A DNA stretch of 64,000 bases, from positions 186,757-250,756 of the forward strand of contig NW_027192216.1 in the NCBI RefSeq assembly GCF_041956535.1, given 5' to 3'. The notes under the pieces are model-generated. The model did not search any database. It saw nothing but the letters and a program-made list of their open reading frames with translations, and was not told the DNA's origin. A program made the translations under genes and the position numbers. The DNA comes from Calcarisporiella thermophila CBS 279.70. Lineage: Eukaryota; Fungi; Calcarisporiellomycota. Below are positions 38,574 through 54,307 of this stretch, in pieces. Position 1 is the first letter of the stretch, and each line of letters begins with the position of its first letter.

Positions 38574-40349
38574 ATGACAAGATATTGGTTGGTTGTGTGC
38601 TGTGCGTTGGTTCTGGCGGTGCTGCAGGCACATGGGTTTGGAATGCAATGTCCCAATGAGCATAATGAGTTCGAGTATAGTGAAGAGATGCTCACTCTTG
38701 AGAGTGAATCCCCTCGTCCTTGGTGGGCATTTTGGAGAGCTTGGCAGCCATTGGGGGCTCAGAGCCAGCTTATTTTTTCTCTCAATAAAAACAAGAGGAA
38801 AAATTCAAACAAGGGAAGGGACAATGAATCGCTGGCGAAACCATTACCAAACCTGAAGATAGCGTTTATTGCAGACCAGGGCCTCGGGGGCGATCCACGC
38901 AAGGTACTTCGCATGATAAAGGAGTGGGGTGCGAAGGCTGTTATTCACAATGGGGACTTCGATTACAAAGATAATCCAAGGAAATGGATAAGGCAGATAG
39001 ACAGCGTGCTAGGCCCAGATTTCCCGTACTTTGCAACCATCGGCAACCATGATTTGGTTCGGTGGAAGGGCCGCAATGGATACAAGCATCTCATGGTGGA
39101 CAGGTTATATCGAACGAAGATGAACAAACATTGTCGCGGAGATTATGGCGTAAACATGGAGTGCAATTTCCATGGACTTGTAAGTAGCGAGTTATCTGAT
39201 GGGTTTATAAGTGGCACAAAAGTGAAATGCTCCTCTATCTTCTTCAGCATCTGGTCTTTTCAGGCATTGGCACCCGTGGCACCGGCCATGCCAATTTCGC
39301 TGAAGACGTTCTCTCCCGCTCGAACAAAATATGGCGCATCTGCAACTGGCACAAAAATCAGCATCTCTTCCAGACGGGTGACAAAAAGGACGAAACGGGC
39401 TATGAGATATACGAGGTTTGTCGTCGCTTTGGGGCTATCATTGCCACTGCTCATGAGCATTCATATTCGAGAACCCACCTGATGGCCTCTTTCGAGTCGC
39501 AAGTGATTGCCAGCAATGGCACACTGGAAGTCAGGCCTGGTCACACCTTTGCATTTGTCAATGGGCTCGGTGGAGAAGACATTAGACCGTGGGTTGGAGG
39601 CCTAGAGAAAAATCCTTGGTGGGCCGTGACGGCAAGCAGCGACAATGGTGTCGGATTCGGGGCACTGCTTTGCGAGTTCTACGTAGATGGTAGAGAAGAT
39701 AAGGCGCGCTGTGTTTTCCGAGATACCAACGGAAAGACGTGGGACGATTTTGAAGTATACTCCTCACCCAATGAACCAGGTATGCACCCATTCGGCAAAT
39801 CAAAGTAGCCTCATGAAGGCGTAAGATTAATGACTTTGGCTTATAGCCATCGAGGCTTTTACCAAACAACGATCCCATTATCGCGAATACCCAGTCCGAT
39901 CACCATCGCATATCCAAACCCCAGATTCACCCTCCCGCGCTGATAGGCTTCGTATTGCTTCTAAGCAGTGCTCTTCATTTTCCATCCGATTCGCCGCCTC
40001 CAATCATACCGCACTCTCTTCTTCTGAAGAGGTCGGTCATTCACACCTACAACTTCTCTTACTCCCCACGTCGCTTAATGCTCCGCTCACAGACCCGCGA
40101 ACCGTGCGAATAGTGCTCCACAACCAGCATCATACGACCCTCAATTTCACAGAAAAGATCTCCGAGTATGAGCCTGGCGAGATCTGGGTCTCTCCAGATG
40201 TGAGTTCGCTGCTTGTGCCTGGCGAAGAGGTAGTGGTCTTTGGGAAAGGCTGTATAGAGGGTGAAGGCGAGGGCACCATTGATGCTTACGCGTGGGGTGA
40301 CCGCGGCTGCTTTGCGCCTACTCTTGTCGTGCAATCCTCAGATATCTGA
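38574..40349 (+). CDS. Secreted calcineurin-like metallophosphoesterase with an unassigned C-terminal domain, 3 exons
   Basis: Signal peptide; metal-binding motifs ADQG, NGDFDY, IGNHD, NWH, AHEHSYSRT. Confidence 0.78.
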
Positions 40350-40658
40350 TGTTGAATAGACAATCCTTGTTGATGGATCGGATACTGTTGTGTGGTTTAT
40401 TTCCTAGCATATTGCAGCATGTATTTTCGGTAACATTAGCATATTTAGTCTAAACAATTATGTATTTATTTCCTATACTCAGAATGTATATTATTTATTT
40501 ATATGTCCGTACCCCCACTAAGAACTCAGTGTAAAATGAAAAAAAAAGAAAATTATTTAATTGTGTAAGCACCCTAAAAAAACTCTTAAAAAAAAGAGAT
40601 CAACGCCCATATTATACGATTCACTAAAAATTTCAAGCCCCAGGTAAGTGTCAAGAGC

Positions 40659-42077
<1,419 letters not shown>

Positions 42078-42269
42078 TGTAGAAAACTTTTTAATTAATG
42101 TATAGGAAAAAAAGGCAGAAATTAAAAAAGGATGAGATAAAAAGAAAGGAAAAAAAAAATACGACGCGGTAATCTCGACTTCGAGAAAAAAAAGATGACG
42201 TCTACCAATGACGGTAAAGATAAAAATAATATGTCGTGGCAAAATTTCTTTGCTACTACCATAATCAAA

Positions 42270-43189
42270 ATGTCACATATTGTACAGCCTCTGTGCGTCC
42301 CATCTACATATAAAGACCAGCAATACAAGGTAATTTTTGGAATATATTGGCGTTTTGACTGGCATGCTCATATTGATTTATTATACAGGGTTCATCACAG
42401 CAACTCGCCAAAGATCTTGCTTCAACAACAACGCTCTATGTTGGCAATCTTTCATTTTATACCACCGAGGAGCAGATCTATGAGCTATTTTCTAAAGCCG
42501 GAGAGATTAAGCGCATCATCATGGGTCTAGATAAATTTAGTAAAACACCGTGCGGGTTTTGTTTTGTTGAGTAAGTTTAAAATTATTGTCCGTCTATTTT
42601 ATTTTTGCTGTAATATGGTATAATATAGATATTATCTCCACGAGGATGCATTAAATTGTATGAAGTACGTCAATGGTACCAAGCTTGATGAGCGCATCAT
42701 CCGCACTGATCTTGATCCTGGATTCAAGGAAGGAAGGCAATTTGGTCGTGGGCGAAGTGGAGGTCAAGTTCGCGACGAGTATCGCCAGGACTTTGATCCT
42801 GGCCGTGGCGGATGGGGTAAATTAAGAGCGCTGCAGGAAGCAGAGAGGGATCGTGAGAGGAAATACCGTGAGACCTATGAAGCCATTAAGGATATTCCGC
42901 AAGGGGCTTCACCGAATTTCCGCGCCAGAGGAATGGGTAATTTCAAATACCAATCCAACCTCCTCTTCAGTGCATATATTGATATCATCATTTTTCGCGT
43001 AAATAGGAAGCAAAAAACGTGAAAGAGATGCCGAAGATGTATCAACAGGAGCGAGCAAGCGGGCAAGAGATCAGGTAATTATTTTCAGCTTTAAAGCCGT
43101 CCACTTTTCTCAAGAAAAATTAATTATTATGCTGCACAATATTTTAATAGAATCCACGTTTCCGTGAAGAAAACTCGGATGAGGAATGA
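42270..43189 (+). CDS. CBC2: Nuclear cap-binding complex small subunit (CBP20)
   Basis: [34 protein letters not shown]...TPCGFCFVE|YY...[33 protein letters not shown]. Confidence 0.93.
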
Positions 43190-43792
43190 TTTTGTTGTTT
43201 CATATTTTGCTTTTGTGTATAATTTGTTTAGTGAGATTTCGACGGGGCAAATGTTTTTCAGTTCAATTTAAACTCTGATCTCAGAAGATAGCGACGACGT
43301 CACAAATTCTCGGAGAATGACGGCAAAATAAAGAGTCACTTACTCCACTTTTATCTTCCAAATTTCACATCACCTCTTCTCCACAATTCACACTGAGAGT
43401 AAAGCAACTATCCATGTTGCATTACTCCTCAACCTTCTTCCAGTTTCAGGAAAACAAAATTTTCTTTTGCTAATCTCGCATAATTTTATTTCTGGAAGAA
43501 AGAAATATTAGTAAGAAGGTAAAATCCTTCAATTGCAAGCATTAGAACATTCGCATCTGATCCTCTCTCATTCTAATTATCTCATAGAGGATACTAGTAA
43601 TTGTCGATTATTGATCCAGATTAATTTGCCTTTTGTATTTATTACTCTCCTTTAGTTTTTTTCCTTTCTTTATCATTCCACATATTGAGTGCTCGTCGTT
43701 TTTCAGGCATATTATTAATTGCTATTTCTATTTTTTGACTCTATTTTTTACCCTATTTCTAGTCGTTTTAGCATTGTTTTCATTTGATTTTG

Positions 43793-45149
43793 ATGAAAGT
43801 ACAGAAAGTAGCTTCATTAGTTCAACGTCGTCTCAATCCGCACATCGTCAATTACTATAGCCCATCAGGAGTACGTCGTACTTTCTATACGCGGCAGCAT
43901 CCTGCTGTCCAGCTCCTCGAAGCACCAGCCCTCCCTTCACGCACTATTACCCCTGCTCTCTCCATCAGCGCTCAACGCTTGGCTCATCTCCACACAATTT
44001 CACATGATTCTGCTTGGCTACAACATTCAACAACAGCAGCTAATGATTTCCCACATCCTTTGCATCCATGGTTAGATCCATCAGTGGCACCTCTACCACC
44101 TCTATCACTGGCAAATCAGAAGTTAGCAGCGGCTAGTGTCTTTGATTACTTTGATAAGAGCTCTACCAGGTACAACTTTGTGTTTGCGCATGGAGCAGCA
44201 GGAATACCCAAGCGGCCCAAAAAGGTTGAAGTTAAAGGTGCCACATTAGAGCCTTTTGCAGGCGGAGGAGAGTTTTTAAGTATTCAGGTTGGAGAGGATG
44301 CGTATTTCTGCCGCCATGATTCGCTAGGAGTTGCCGACGGGGTTGGAGGATGGCACGGTGTTAAAAGTAATCAATTTCTCAGACGACCTAGTTGGCCGAG
44401 AGCATATTTACTAATATGCCTTTTACACTCTTGTTATTATAGGTGCCAACCCAGCATTTTTTTCGCGCATGCTGATGCATTACGCCTATGTAGAACTTGA
44501 AAAGTACGATAATATCGAATGCGACGAGTTCCAACACTATTATGAGGTAGATCCCGTTGAGATTCTACAGGCAAGCTATGAATCGAGTGTAGCAGAGGCC
44601 ACGCGCCAAGGAATTGTCGGTTCATCGACGGCTTGCATCGCTATCCTGCGCGACGACGAACTGCGAATCGCTAATTTGGGGGATTGTGGCGTGAGCATCA
44701 TCCGCCAGAACGATTTCGTTTTTCGCACTGAAGAACAGCAGCACTCCTTCAATTTTCCCTATCAATTGGGGACTGGCTCTTCCGACGTACCACGAGACGC
44801 TCAAACTTTTACAGTGAAAGTCCAAAAGAATGATATCGTGATATTGGCCAGCGACGGAGTGTACGATAATTTATTTGATGAGGACATATTGGATGAGGTA
44901 ATCAAGCATGTAAGGAGTCATAGTCCAGGAACACATAGACCCATGCAACTACGTGTAGAGCCTCAGGTATTATGCGACGCGCTGGTAAGGCGTGCACGCA
45001 GCGTGAGTGAGGACACTAGGAATTTAAACTCGCCTTTCCAAGAGCGTGCAATGCAACAGGGATTATACCACCAAGGCGGGAAAGCAGACGATATAAGTGT
45101 GCTAGTTGCAGTAGTAACGGAAGCCTCTGACTCACCTGATCGACGATGA
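43793..45149 (+). CDS. PTC7: PP2C-family phosphatase Ptc7/Azr1-like (probably mitochondrial), 2 coding exons
   Basis: GEDAYF, GVADGVGGW, GSSTACI, ANLGDCG, EQQHSFNFPYQL, LASDGVYDNLF, GGKADDISV. Confidence 0.88.
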
Positions 45150-45576
45150 AATTGTTTTTTTTTTTAATTTATTTTGAAATTCAAAAGATTTATAAATTCA
45201 TTTTCAGTTGATAATTTTTATCCTCCTTTACCATTTGTCTTTTGTACAGTCTTTTTTTTCTTTTTCAAATGAGTCAGCTTAACATTTTTATTTCTGTGAT
45301 GATTCTTTTCTAAAGAGAAAAAAATACTATGATGGCTCTCCACTTATACACTTATAATTTTTTATTGTTAATTTGAATAAAAGCTCTAAAATCACGAAAG
45401 ATTCTCTTTTGTTCTAGACATTCCCAAGAGAGTTTGGAAGTTAGCCCATCCATCTAATTCAAGAAAAAGGAGTTGTATTAAACAAAAACAATACTCAAAC
45501 ATACACACATGCTGGTCAATAAACGTTGGAAATTTGCATACTTTTCTCTTCCATTAATACACAGGCAATAAGGAAA

Positions 45577-46540
45577 TTAGACAGGCATTGTAAAACGATT
45601 CCCTTTTAAGACCCTGGATAGAGGCGAGAAGAGAGTTAGCAAATCTCGGCTTCAAAGAAATAAATAGGAAAGAAATTCAAAGGATTCAGGAGATCATAGG
45701 TCGGGGGTTAAATCGGTGGGGGAGATGTGTAGATAAGAAAAAGACACTTACTTTTTGTAGTACACATAGAAGAAATCACTATAGAGGGCCGTTTGCACCG
45801 ATCCAGCTATCCACACAATCCAGTCCACATAGTCTGGCTCAGTTGCATATCGGTACACCCAGTTCAGCAGATACAGTGTACGATACATTCCTAATGCGAA
45901 CAAATAGTGCGTTGTAATTGTCTCTGCCTCACCAGTCCGCGTTAGCATGAAAAGCTGCGGAAGAATTGCAACAGCCTCGAGATAAATTGAAAAGGCCCAC
46001 AGCACTTCTAGGAATGTGAATCTGTAGTTCACAACAAGAGCAAGCAGGGCACATGGGACTAGAAGGAACTCTGCACGGAAAGTGTCCAGAGCCGGATCGA
46101 AAGTCGCCTTATAACGAAACTTCATAAGATAAAGAATGTACAACGAGCTGCCAATAAAGAAAAGCTTCATGAGAGTGTTGTAGATAGAGATGAAACTTGT
46201 GAAAAGATCAAGATAGCGTGTAATGAATACAATGGCATAGAAAAGCTGTGTTTTGAACGAGATTCCTGGAGAAAGGGAGTGAATAAGAGAGAGAGACGCG
46301 TTAATTAAGTAGAGAATAGAAGCTAATGAGACATTTTCTGTTTCTCCCATGTTTATATAAGTGGGCAAGGCAACGAGAAAGTCCAGTGGCATTGCATTTT
46401 TTTTTTTCCCCGAAGCAAAGATTACATAGAAAAAGCCGAGAAACCTCACCTGCCACGGATCGTGTCTTGTCCATCTTGAGCAGTAGGATAAATATTGACG
46501 CCAAGTGCGTCATATCAGCCGCGAGACGAAAGATGTTCAT
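45577..46540 (-). CDS. ERD2: ER lumen protein retaining (HDEL/KDEL) receptor, 3 exons
   Basis: [13 protein letters not shown]...RSVAG|[64 protein letters not shown]. Confidence 0.95.
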
Positions 46541-46845
46541 TGCCACAAATTTTCGCTATCTAATTAGTGTTGCCAGCAACCAAAAAGAGACGTGGAGAAA
46601 TAAAGGTGGTGAGGCGTTCTAATCTTTAATGACCCGGCCAATCCGACACGTACAAGTTTCCCTGCTGCGGCAGACTTTAATAATTAAAATCATTGCTAAA
46701 ATTACACATTTCTTTGAATGATTTGGGTTACAAGGTTGCAATCCAATATATGAAATAAAAATATGCGAATTGAGTATATATATGTGTGTGTATGCGCGTG
46801 GTAAATGAACAGCCATTGTTAATACTGGCTGTGCCTTTTTGAATT

Positions 46846-48267
46846 TTATCTCGGTGGTAAGTTGTAAGTATGGGGAGGGGGGGGAGGGGGAGGCTGATAA
46901 ATGAGAGGGTTGTTTGGTAGGCGTGGGACCAGTGGAATGTTATTCATCCTTGCTTGCTGAGCTACTAATTCTGACAACCCACTTTTATGCCTCGAAGATT
47001 TTGTCGAAACAGAAGAGATGCTAGTCCTTGTATCTTGTCGTCGATATGTCTGGCTTCCTCGTACAGATGGAGGAGGCGGATACTTCATAGTGGCTGGTTG
47101 CCGCCCCTCCGCGAGAATCCGGTTGACATCAGGTAGTGTTGCTTTTCGCTCTTGTTTTTTGTCTTCGTATAGAGATCGAGCATGATCTGCTGCCTGCATC
47201 TCTTTAATTACGCGCTTTCGAGTGCGTTTTCGAAGCAGCTCACCAATTCTGAACGAGTGATATAAAATTCAGTTAAAATTACACATAGTTCAGACTTGAA
47301 AATTTATCCTGGAGATACCTCTTGTCAATTTTATGACAGCAATACTCCTTAAGATTTCCCTGGATATGACAAAGTAGGAAAGGGTAGATTAGGAGGGCTA
47401 AAACAACTTGCACAACAGTCCCTAACCAGACCACTCTGTAGCATTTGGTTAGTGAACAAAAATAGAGAGATTTGTTACTTGACACGATAGCTAAATAATT
47501 ATTCGGTGTACTTACAAAGTGAAAACCATTAGACTCATTGTTATCGACTGCATCATGGTGTTATATTTCCAAAACTCAAAAGAGAATTTGTTTTCTTCCA
47601 TAAGTGCATAGAGAGTAAATCCAGCGATAACCTGGCGTGGACCCTCAGCGATGAAGAGCCGTTTCCAACCTAATGTCAGAAGTGAATACTTAGAATTATG
47701 CCATGATTATACGAGATTTCTCTGTTTACCTTTTAACATAAAAAACACAAAGAACGCTACCTCGTCGCTCCGGGTCTTAACCTCGTGTATTTTTGAAAAG
47801 AAGCAGAAATGAGGGTAGGATCGCAACACATAGAACCGGTAGGCCACTACCGACGTGAAGGCGTACGCAATATCTCGCGAACGGATGATTGCTCTTGCCC
47901 GAAAGAAATCATAACCAAGTAACAAGAAAGAGAAAATAATGCACCCAACGAAAATCCATTTAGAGATTTCAAAAGGAATCTTGGGCTCAACCGAGGCGCT
48001 GCTCCATTTGTTGTGGATTAAAAGGAAGACGGCTGTTTGCATATCGGCTGCGTATACCAAAACTGACTTGAGAAATAGCTTCACAAACAGCGTACAAGGT
48101 AAGAAACGGAAGATAAAGATAGAAATATCGTATGCATTTACCAGGAACACGAATGTGTACTTGAATTTCGTAAAGCACCGAGAGTCATAAAATTCATCAA
48201 TATCAACGTAATCGAATTTATGTTCTTCAACAACTTCGCGCTTCCAGCGCGCACGGCCACCACACAT
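46846..48267 (-). CDS. Kch1/Prm6-family fungal low-affinity potassium transporter
   Basis: WKREVVEEHKFDYVDIDEF, KSVLVYAAD..TA..LL....WS, IPFEISKWIFVGCI, A..II.SRDI.YAFT, WKRLFIAEGPRQVI, GNLKEYCCHKIDKR. Confidence 0.8.
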
Positions 48268-49023
48268 TATAGCTGGTATAACTAGCCACCAATAAATGGA
48301 CAATCGTCACCAAGCGATCGAGTAAAAAGGTTAATGCATGTTCCTTCCCCTTTCTCAACATTTCAATGTGTACTTGCTTTTATAATCTTCAGTAGTAAAT
48401 TAAGCGTCGAAATTGAAGCATGTCAATATGCAATGCTCTCTCTAATACTAAACTTTTGAATTCTTTGTAATAATAAACAGGTGCTTATACAAAGATATCT
48501 GTCACTACTCTCATAACAAAGGAATGGCAACGTAAATGCGTGGTTTATGGTTATTAGACAAGCTGCTAGATATATGAGATTTCGCAATAGGTGAGTAGGA
48601 GCTATTGTGGAACATGAAGATATCCCGAAAAAGCGGGTTTGATCGAATTTAAATTTCGATTACAGCGGTGGAACCGAAATGGAAATCTTAACTCCTTTAC
48701 GAGGGCACTATGAAATAAAAGTGCTCTTATTTTGTTCATTATACGTAATCGTTGACTTTGCCTTTGTTACGCGCTTTTAATAGACCTGAGCTTTGAGATG
48801 AAGCACAGTAGAGTGAAAAGGCTCTCGTTAATATTACCATTACGAAGCGCCATGTACACTGATTAAAGGAGAACAACAAACTGGTTCTCGTTTTTTAAAT
48901 GGTATATAAGGGATAAAAGTACTAAAAGTGCTTATTAACAAAGTTACGGAGCGGAGTAAATAGAGAGGAAATGAAAAAAAAAAATAAATATAAAATGAAA
49001 AAAACCGAGATAGCATCATAAAA

Positions 49024-51959
49024 CTACTGTAATAATTTCAGTAACTTTTCTCGCATCCTCCCTTTTCGTTCACCTTCAACCTGATAGCCATTATTCCCTC
49101 GGCTTGGATCACTCTCTCTACTACCCTGGCTAATGCCTGATTCAAAGCTTCCGGTGCTCCTATGTGGAGTCAATGGAAATGCAGTCGAGGGGGGAGCCGA
49201 TTCTGGCCTGCGTGCTTCATTTTCGATTCGCCGTACAACACCTCCAACCGGACCTCTAATCCCACTTGTAACCGTGGATGATATCGCTGACTCAGAGGCA
49301 TTGGATGCTCCACGATTCAGAAAAGGCCGCTGCGGTATACTCAATCGCTGAAACATCGAAGGCTTGTTCTTCTGTTTGGGTGGAACAGGTGGGGCTTGCG
49401 ATTGAGGAGGCAAAGGCGGGAGAGCAGGCAGATCAGGCATACCAAGATGAAGGCGCTTCATGCATGTAACGAATTCCTCCGGAGTCCACACGTGCGTTGA
49501 GCCGATAACAACGTCAATGTTGTGTTGTTGAGAAATCTCATAAGCAGAGCGGATTTCAGAGTAGCTCATTCCACCCGCAATAAAGAGGAAAAGGCGAGGG
49601 CCTGAACTGAAAGTATCGACAGAATCAGAGGGAAGAGACTTTTTATGCCAACCAGGATTCGACCTATAGAATTCTTCAAATATAAACCCGATGTTAAGTT
49701 AAAAGTGATGAAAATAATATATTTACGCGCGCAACGCGGTGTTAGTCGGGTTTGCCTCTACACTTTGGCTCATTACGGATGGCCCCTGCTCTCTTAGATA
49801 CGGAAAGAGCTCCTTATCGATTGTTCCATCAAGATGACTCTGAAACAATTTCGGGACGTCTTCATATAATAATAAAATTCATCTGCTAAATCCATATCAT
49901 TTACCTCTAATACTCGCTTCACCATAGGAATGAAACGTGAGAGTTCATAATCTATGCCTCCTTTTTTCTTTTTCTTTTTTAATTTCAGTTTCTCCCATCC
50001 ATCTTTTCGCTCCACTTTTGTCAGCGGGTAACCTAAGAGTTTAAGGTTCTCTACGGCTTGGCGGCCCTCTTCCGAAGCTCTCAAATGCTGCATAATTCCA
50101 GAAATATCATCAGAAGTTGAGTTGGACCCTATTTTGGAGGTGAGGTAAAGCATAGTGAGGCGAAGTTTATCAGTAGGGCTACATGAATAAATACGGGTAA
50201 GAGATTGCAAAATTTCAGACTTAGGTTAGGTATATACTCAATGAATGGGTTATCTAATAACATATATACGTCTAGCGTTATATTTTGTGGTTTTTCTCCG
50301 GTTGTCGTTTTCCCCGTTGCTACAGTCTACTAGCCCGATAAACGATGAAATGAAAAATAGCCTAAGGTAAACTAGTTTACCTGCTCAACTGAGGCTAGTT
50401 CATTCAATCTTCTTCGTTCGAATACAGCCATGCACTCCTGAGCGATGTTGATATGCGTTGAGAACTTTAGATAAATTATGTTAGTAAAGGTTCAAAGAGA
50501 CTTGTTAAAATTAGATATTGCTCTACTTTGGCCTTCATATCTTGAAACTGCGGTGCCTCGGCCATCATTCCCTTCAAATCCTCCAAAGTCATTGCCTGAC
50601 CCCGGGCTTGCACTGCCTTGCTTCCTCCCACGAAAAGAGCAAACCGATCTACAAGATATTGAGTGCAATCGGCTATATGCATATGCCTGATTTGAGTATA
50701 GATGTCATCGTTCTCATCAATAATGGCCTCTGTTTTTGCTGATGATCCATCCGAAGATTTATACATGTATCTAAAATTAACCGGTTATTACAGTTGCATT
50801 ACAAATAGGATCGGAAAGCAAACATACGAATATTTCCGACCATTTTCGATAGGCAATAAATCATTTGCCATCGCCTGGTAGGTAAATTCATGCAATAGTG
50901 GAGTGTTAATATCCATGGATCGATCAATGATAATTAGTGTGCTGCGTTCCTGTGAAGAAGACTATAGACTATATATGAGTACAAAGGGAAATAAGAAAAC
51001 AAAATAAGCGTTGGGATAACCACAGTGTATTGACGAAAATGCGTGTCAAGCTCGCGTTGAAGTTGATCGGCCAGCCAATATGCGTTTGAACGGTTCCCAG
51101 CGAGTGTTTGCCGGGCGCGAGGTCGGTAATATCTAATGATCGGGTTATCATGTAGTGTTGCGAAAACCGACATCAACTAAATAGTTCAAATTAGTCAAAT
51201 TTCATAAATTGTAACCTCCAGCAAACTGATAAGCATACTCGTCTTGCTATCCTAATAATATCAAATTCCAACTTTCTTACTTCTGCGGGAGAATAGAGAG
51301 TGAAAAAACTCATCGGCATATCAAGTGAAAAAGCCTTTGACTCAAGAACTAGAATATGAGCAAAAACAAGAGTCGATATTAGTAAGAAAATTGTGGTACT
51401 GTGAAATCGCAAAGATTTTCTACCCAAAAAATCACTATTCAATTCCTTCAAGGTTTGCACGTATTTATCAGCTCCCGCTCTCCTTAATCTCGTGTGAAGT
51501 TCCCCAAAAAGCTTTTCATCTAGCATTGACGTGAACAAAAGATGAGCCGCTGCATACATTCTCTTTCCGTCCGTAAAATCCTCAACTATCTGTGAAATAG
51601 ACTGAATTGTAGGAGTAACCAGATAGATAGCTTCGAGGCTATTGTGATGAGAGCGGGGTCGCTCGAGACTCTCAACGGCTAGGAATAGAACAAATGAATC
51701 TTCAGAAATTCAACACTAATTTCATAAGAACTAACTTGTGATATTTTCCTCTAAAATATCGTACATGTTACACGCAGCAGACAAAAGTTTTAGCGATCGA
51801 GAGTCGGCTACCAAGACCTTGTAGCGACTTGGAGATTTTAATGCACGCACATTTTCCAGGAATCCTTTATTAAAACAAAGTGTGTTAATATACTAAAATG
51901 GAAGAAAATTTGAATGTGTAGCTCGCACTTCTCTTAAGGATCTCAGCCAAGGATGTCAT
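49024..51959 (-). CDS. SEC1: Sec1/Munc18 (SM) protein, multi-exon
   Basis: [40 protein letters not shown]...[49 protein letters not shown]. Confidence 0.9.
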
Positions 51960-52063
51960 TTCTACCAATAATTGGATAGCATTTGACAAAAGTTCAACAG
52001 ATTTCACTTTATTCTCAGTTAAATGACTGCTTTTTGTGAATTAATTTAAATATAGTTTTCTTT

Positions 52064-52642
52064 ATGCTTCCTCTTCTCAATCGCAGGTTTTTCAGGCATA
52101 TCCAGAGAATGTCCTCAAACCCTAGTCTATATATCGAAAATGAGGAGCTAGCTTCCATAATCAAAAATAAAGCTCTGGTATCCCAGAAAGATTATATCAT
52201 TTTTGATGTTCGAGATGATGACTTCGAAGTAAGTCCTTGGAGAGAAATGTAAAGTGAAAATATTAATAGAAAAGAATTTGTATATAAATGTAGGGTGGAA
52301 ATATCCCGGGCGCATACAATTTGCCATCACGCTTGTTATCAGACAAACTGTTTGACCTAGTTAAAGTACATCAAGATTGTCCTCTAGTTATTTTTCACTG
52401 TGCTCTCTCCCAAGTGCGAGGTCCAAAAGCTGCGAGATTGTACAAAGAGTAGCTACATGATTTATTATCTGCTTTCATCATTTATATAAACATGCTATCT
52501 ATTTAATAGAGCTAGATCGCTGTGCGGAATTAATACATCACAGAGAGTGAGTGTACTTCGCGGGGGATTCGCTGCCTGGCAGGCCAAGTATCGCGATGAT
52601 CCGCTACTCGTCGAAAACTTTGATATTGACTTTTGGAGTTAA
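52064..52642 (+). CDS. Rhodanese-fold Cdc25-like phosphatase / arsenate reductase (Ibp1/Ych1/Acr2 family), 3 exons
   Basis: IFDVRDDDFE|GGNIPGA...VIFHCALSQVRGPKAARLY...VLRGGF..WQ.KY.DDP.LVENF. The start may be MSSNP at 52109. Confidence 0.85.
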
Positions 52643-52903
52643 TCTAAAATACACACCGTATATTTAAACAACGACTAAATTAATAAACTTTCGATACTTG
52701 AGATAGCATACTATGTCATTTATTTATTATTACGATTCAGTATTAACTATATGTTAATGAGGTAAAAACTATTCCAAAAACAGGGCACTGAAATGTACTC
52801 AAAATTTTCCGAAAAAAAAGACTTCACACAATATACAGTAAATATCTTTCAGGTATAAAACCACTTTCAAATGATTTGTTGCTCTGTTGATCTAGGAACA
52901 ACC

Positions 52904-54251
52904 TCAGCATTTTCTCGGGATCCGACTTATCTTTGTGGCCCGATACCCCATTGCTGTTGCAGGTCGTGGAATACTTGATGCATACTCTTTAACTAACGGG
53001 GAAGGCGAACGGTTTATACGAGATATAGACGACCCAGTTAGCTCTTTTTTACTGTATTTTTCAGCCATTTTGGTTGCCCCAGGGTTCTGAACTTGTATCT
53101 TGCAGTTACTACTACTCTCTCCACCATCGTTCTTGCGCTTGTTTATATTTTTCAAACGCTCCTCTGAAGGTTTAAGGCACCCTGAATGCTGATAGTACTG
53201 GCCCTGACTTGATGTAGGTCGGGGATAAAAGCCCAAGCTGGATACAGGACGCGGAATGGATACTGCTTCGGATTTGGGGTTGTTTTTTGAGATTGGTAGC
53301 TCTAGGGCGATAGTATGTGCGCTATTAGCAGCCTTTTGTTCGGTAACTTCCAATTTCTGGATCCAATATGAAACAACAAGAAGCAATAGATTTATCATGC
53401 CTAAATTATAATCCAAATACAAAATAAAAAAATGCTTACCTTCGATGTACTATTACTATCCAACCTCGAAACTGGTGATGCAGGTCCTGAACCACATGAC
53501 ATTTGCTCGAATACTGATTTCAGATTTGCAAATTTTCCTGGCGGCAACCCTGTTGAGATTTTAGCAACCTTGGCCACGACAGGCGGTGTATCATAGTTCT
53601 TATTGGGTGTGACAATGCGTGCTAGAGAGTGGAAATACCAAATAAATTGCTATACAGTTGTTCGTGGAATATTATATTATAAAAACTTACATTCCGTCGG
53701 TGCTATAGAATCTGTGGATATCTCATTATCTCCATGTGGCAATCGCTGCCCACTTTTTGCCATTGCATTTGGCTTATCTTTAGTATTTGTAGTTGGTATG
53801 GATGATGGATATGTTTGTACCAATTTGGGCTTTAACACCCTTGGCGGAACTGCTGAACATTTAGGCTCTCCTTCTGCTACGTCTTCTTCTATTGATCCTG
53901 TCTCCTTTAATACACCAGTAGGAATATTAACACCGTCGACGCTCATGTCCCCAACGAGATCATCGAATTCGCAGTAGAGAAAATCGGCAGAATCATCTTT
54001 TACTATAGACGTAAGCGGATGGTTAAATGCGTAAAAAAAGAATTATATATAAGAAGCGTGTAATAATAGATAGTTGAGTGGGAAAAAAAATTACCTTCAT
54101 TGAGATTACTAAAGAATGCAAGACTCTCCCTTCTCCATATGGACGGGGATTGAAAACCAGAGGGAAACCGCGGGATATTAGGCAGCTTCTGTTGCGAATT
54201 TTGAATTTTGGATCTTTGTAGCAAGTTGTGATCCATTATTTTGGTGGACAT
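52904..54251 (-). CDS. Hypothetical Ser/Pro/Lys-rich, probably disordered protein (about 4 exons)
   Basis: ORFs 54003-54278, 53677-53946 and 52904-53422 are joined by GT-AG introns. Repeated SxIPRP motifs; no recognised domain. Confidence 0.55.
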
Positions 54252-54307
54252 ATCGGTAGCTATTGTGGGCAGGAACAAGCTACAGGAATATGATTTAAAA
54301 GATTTTT

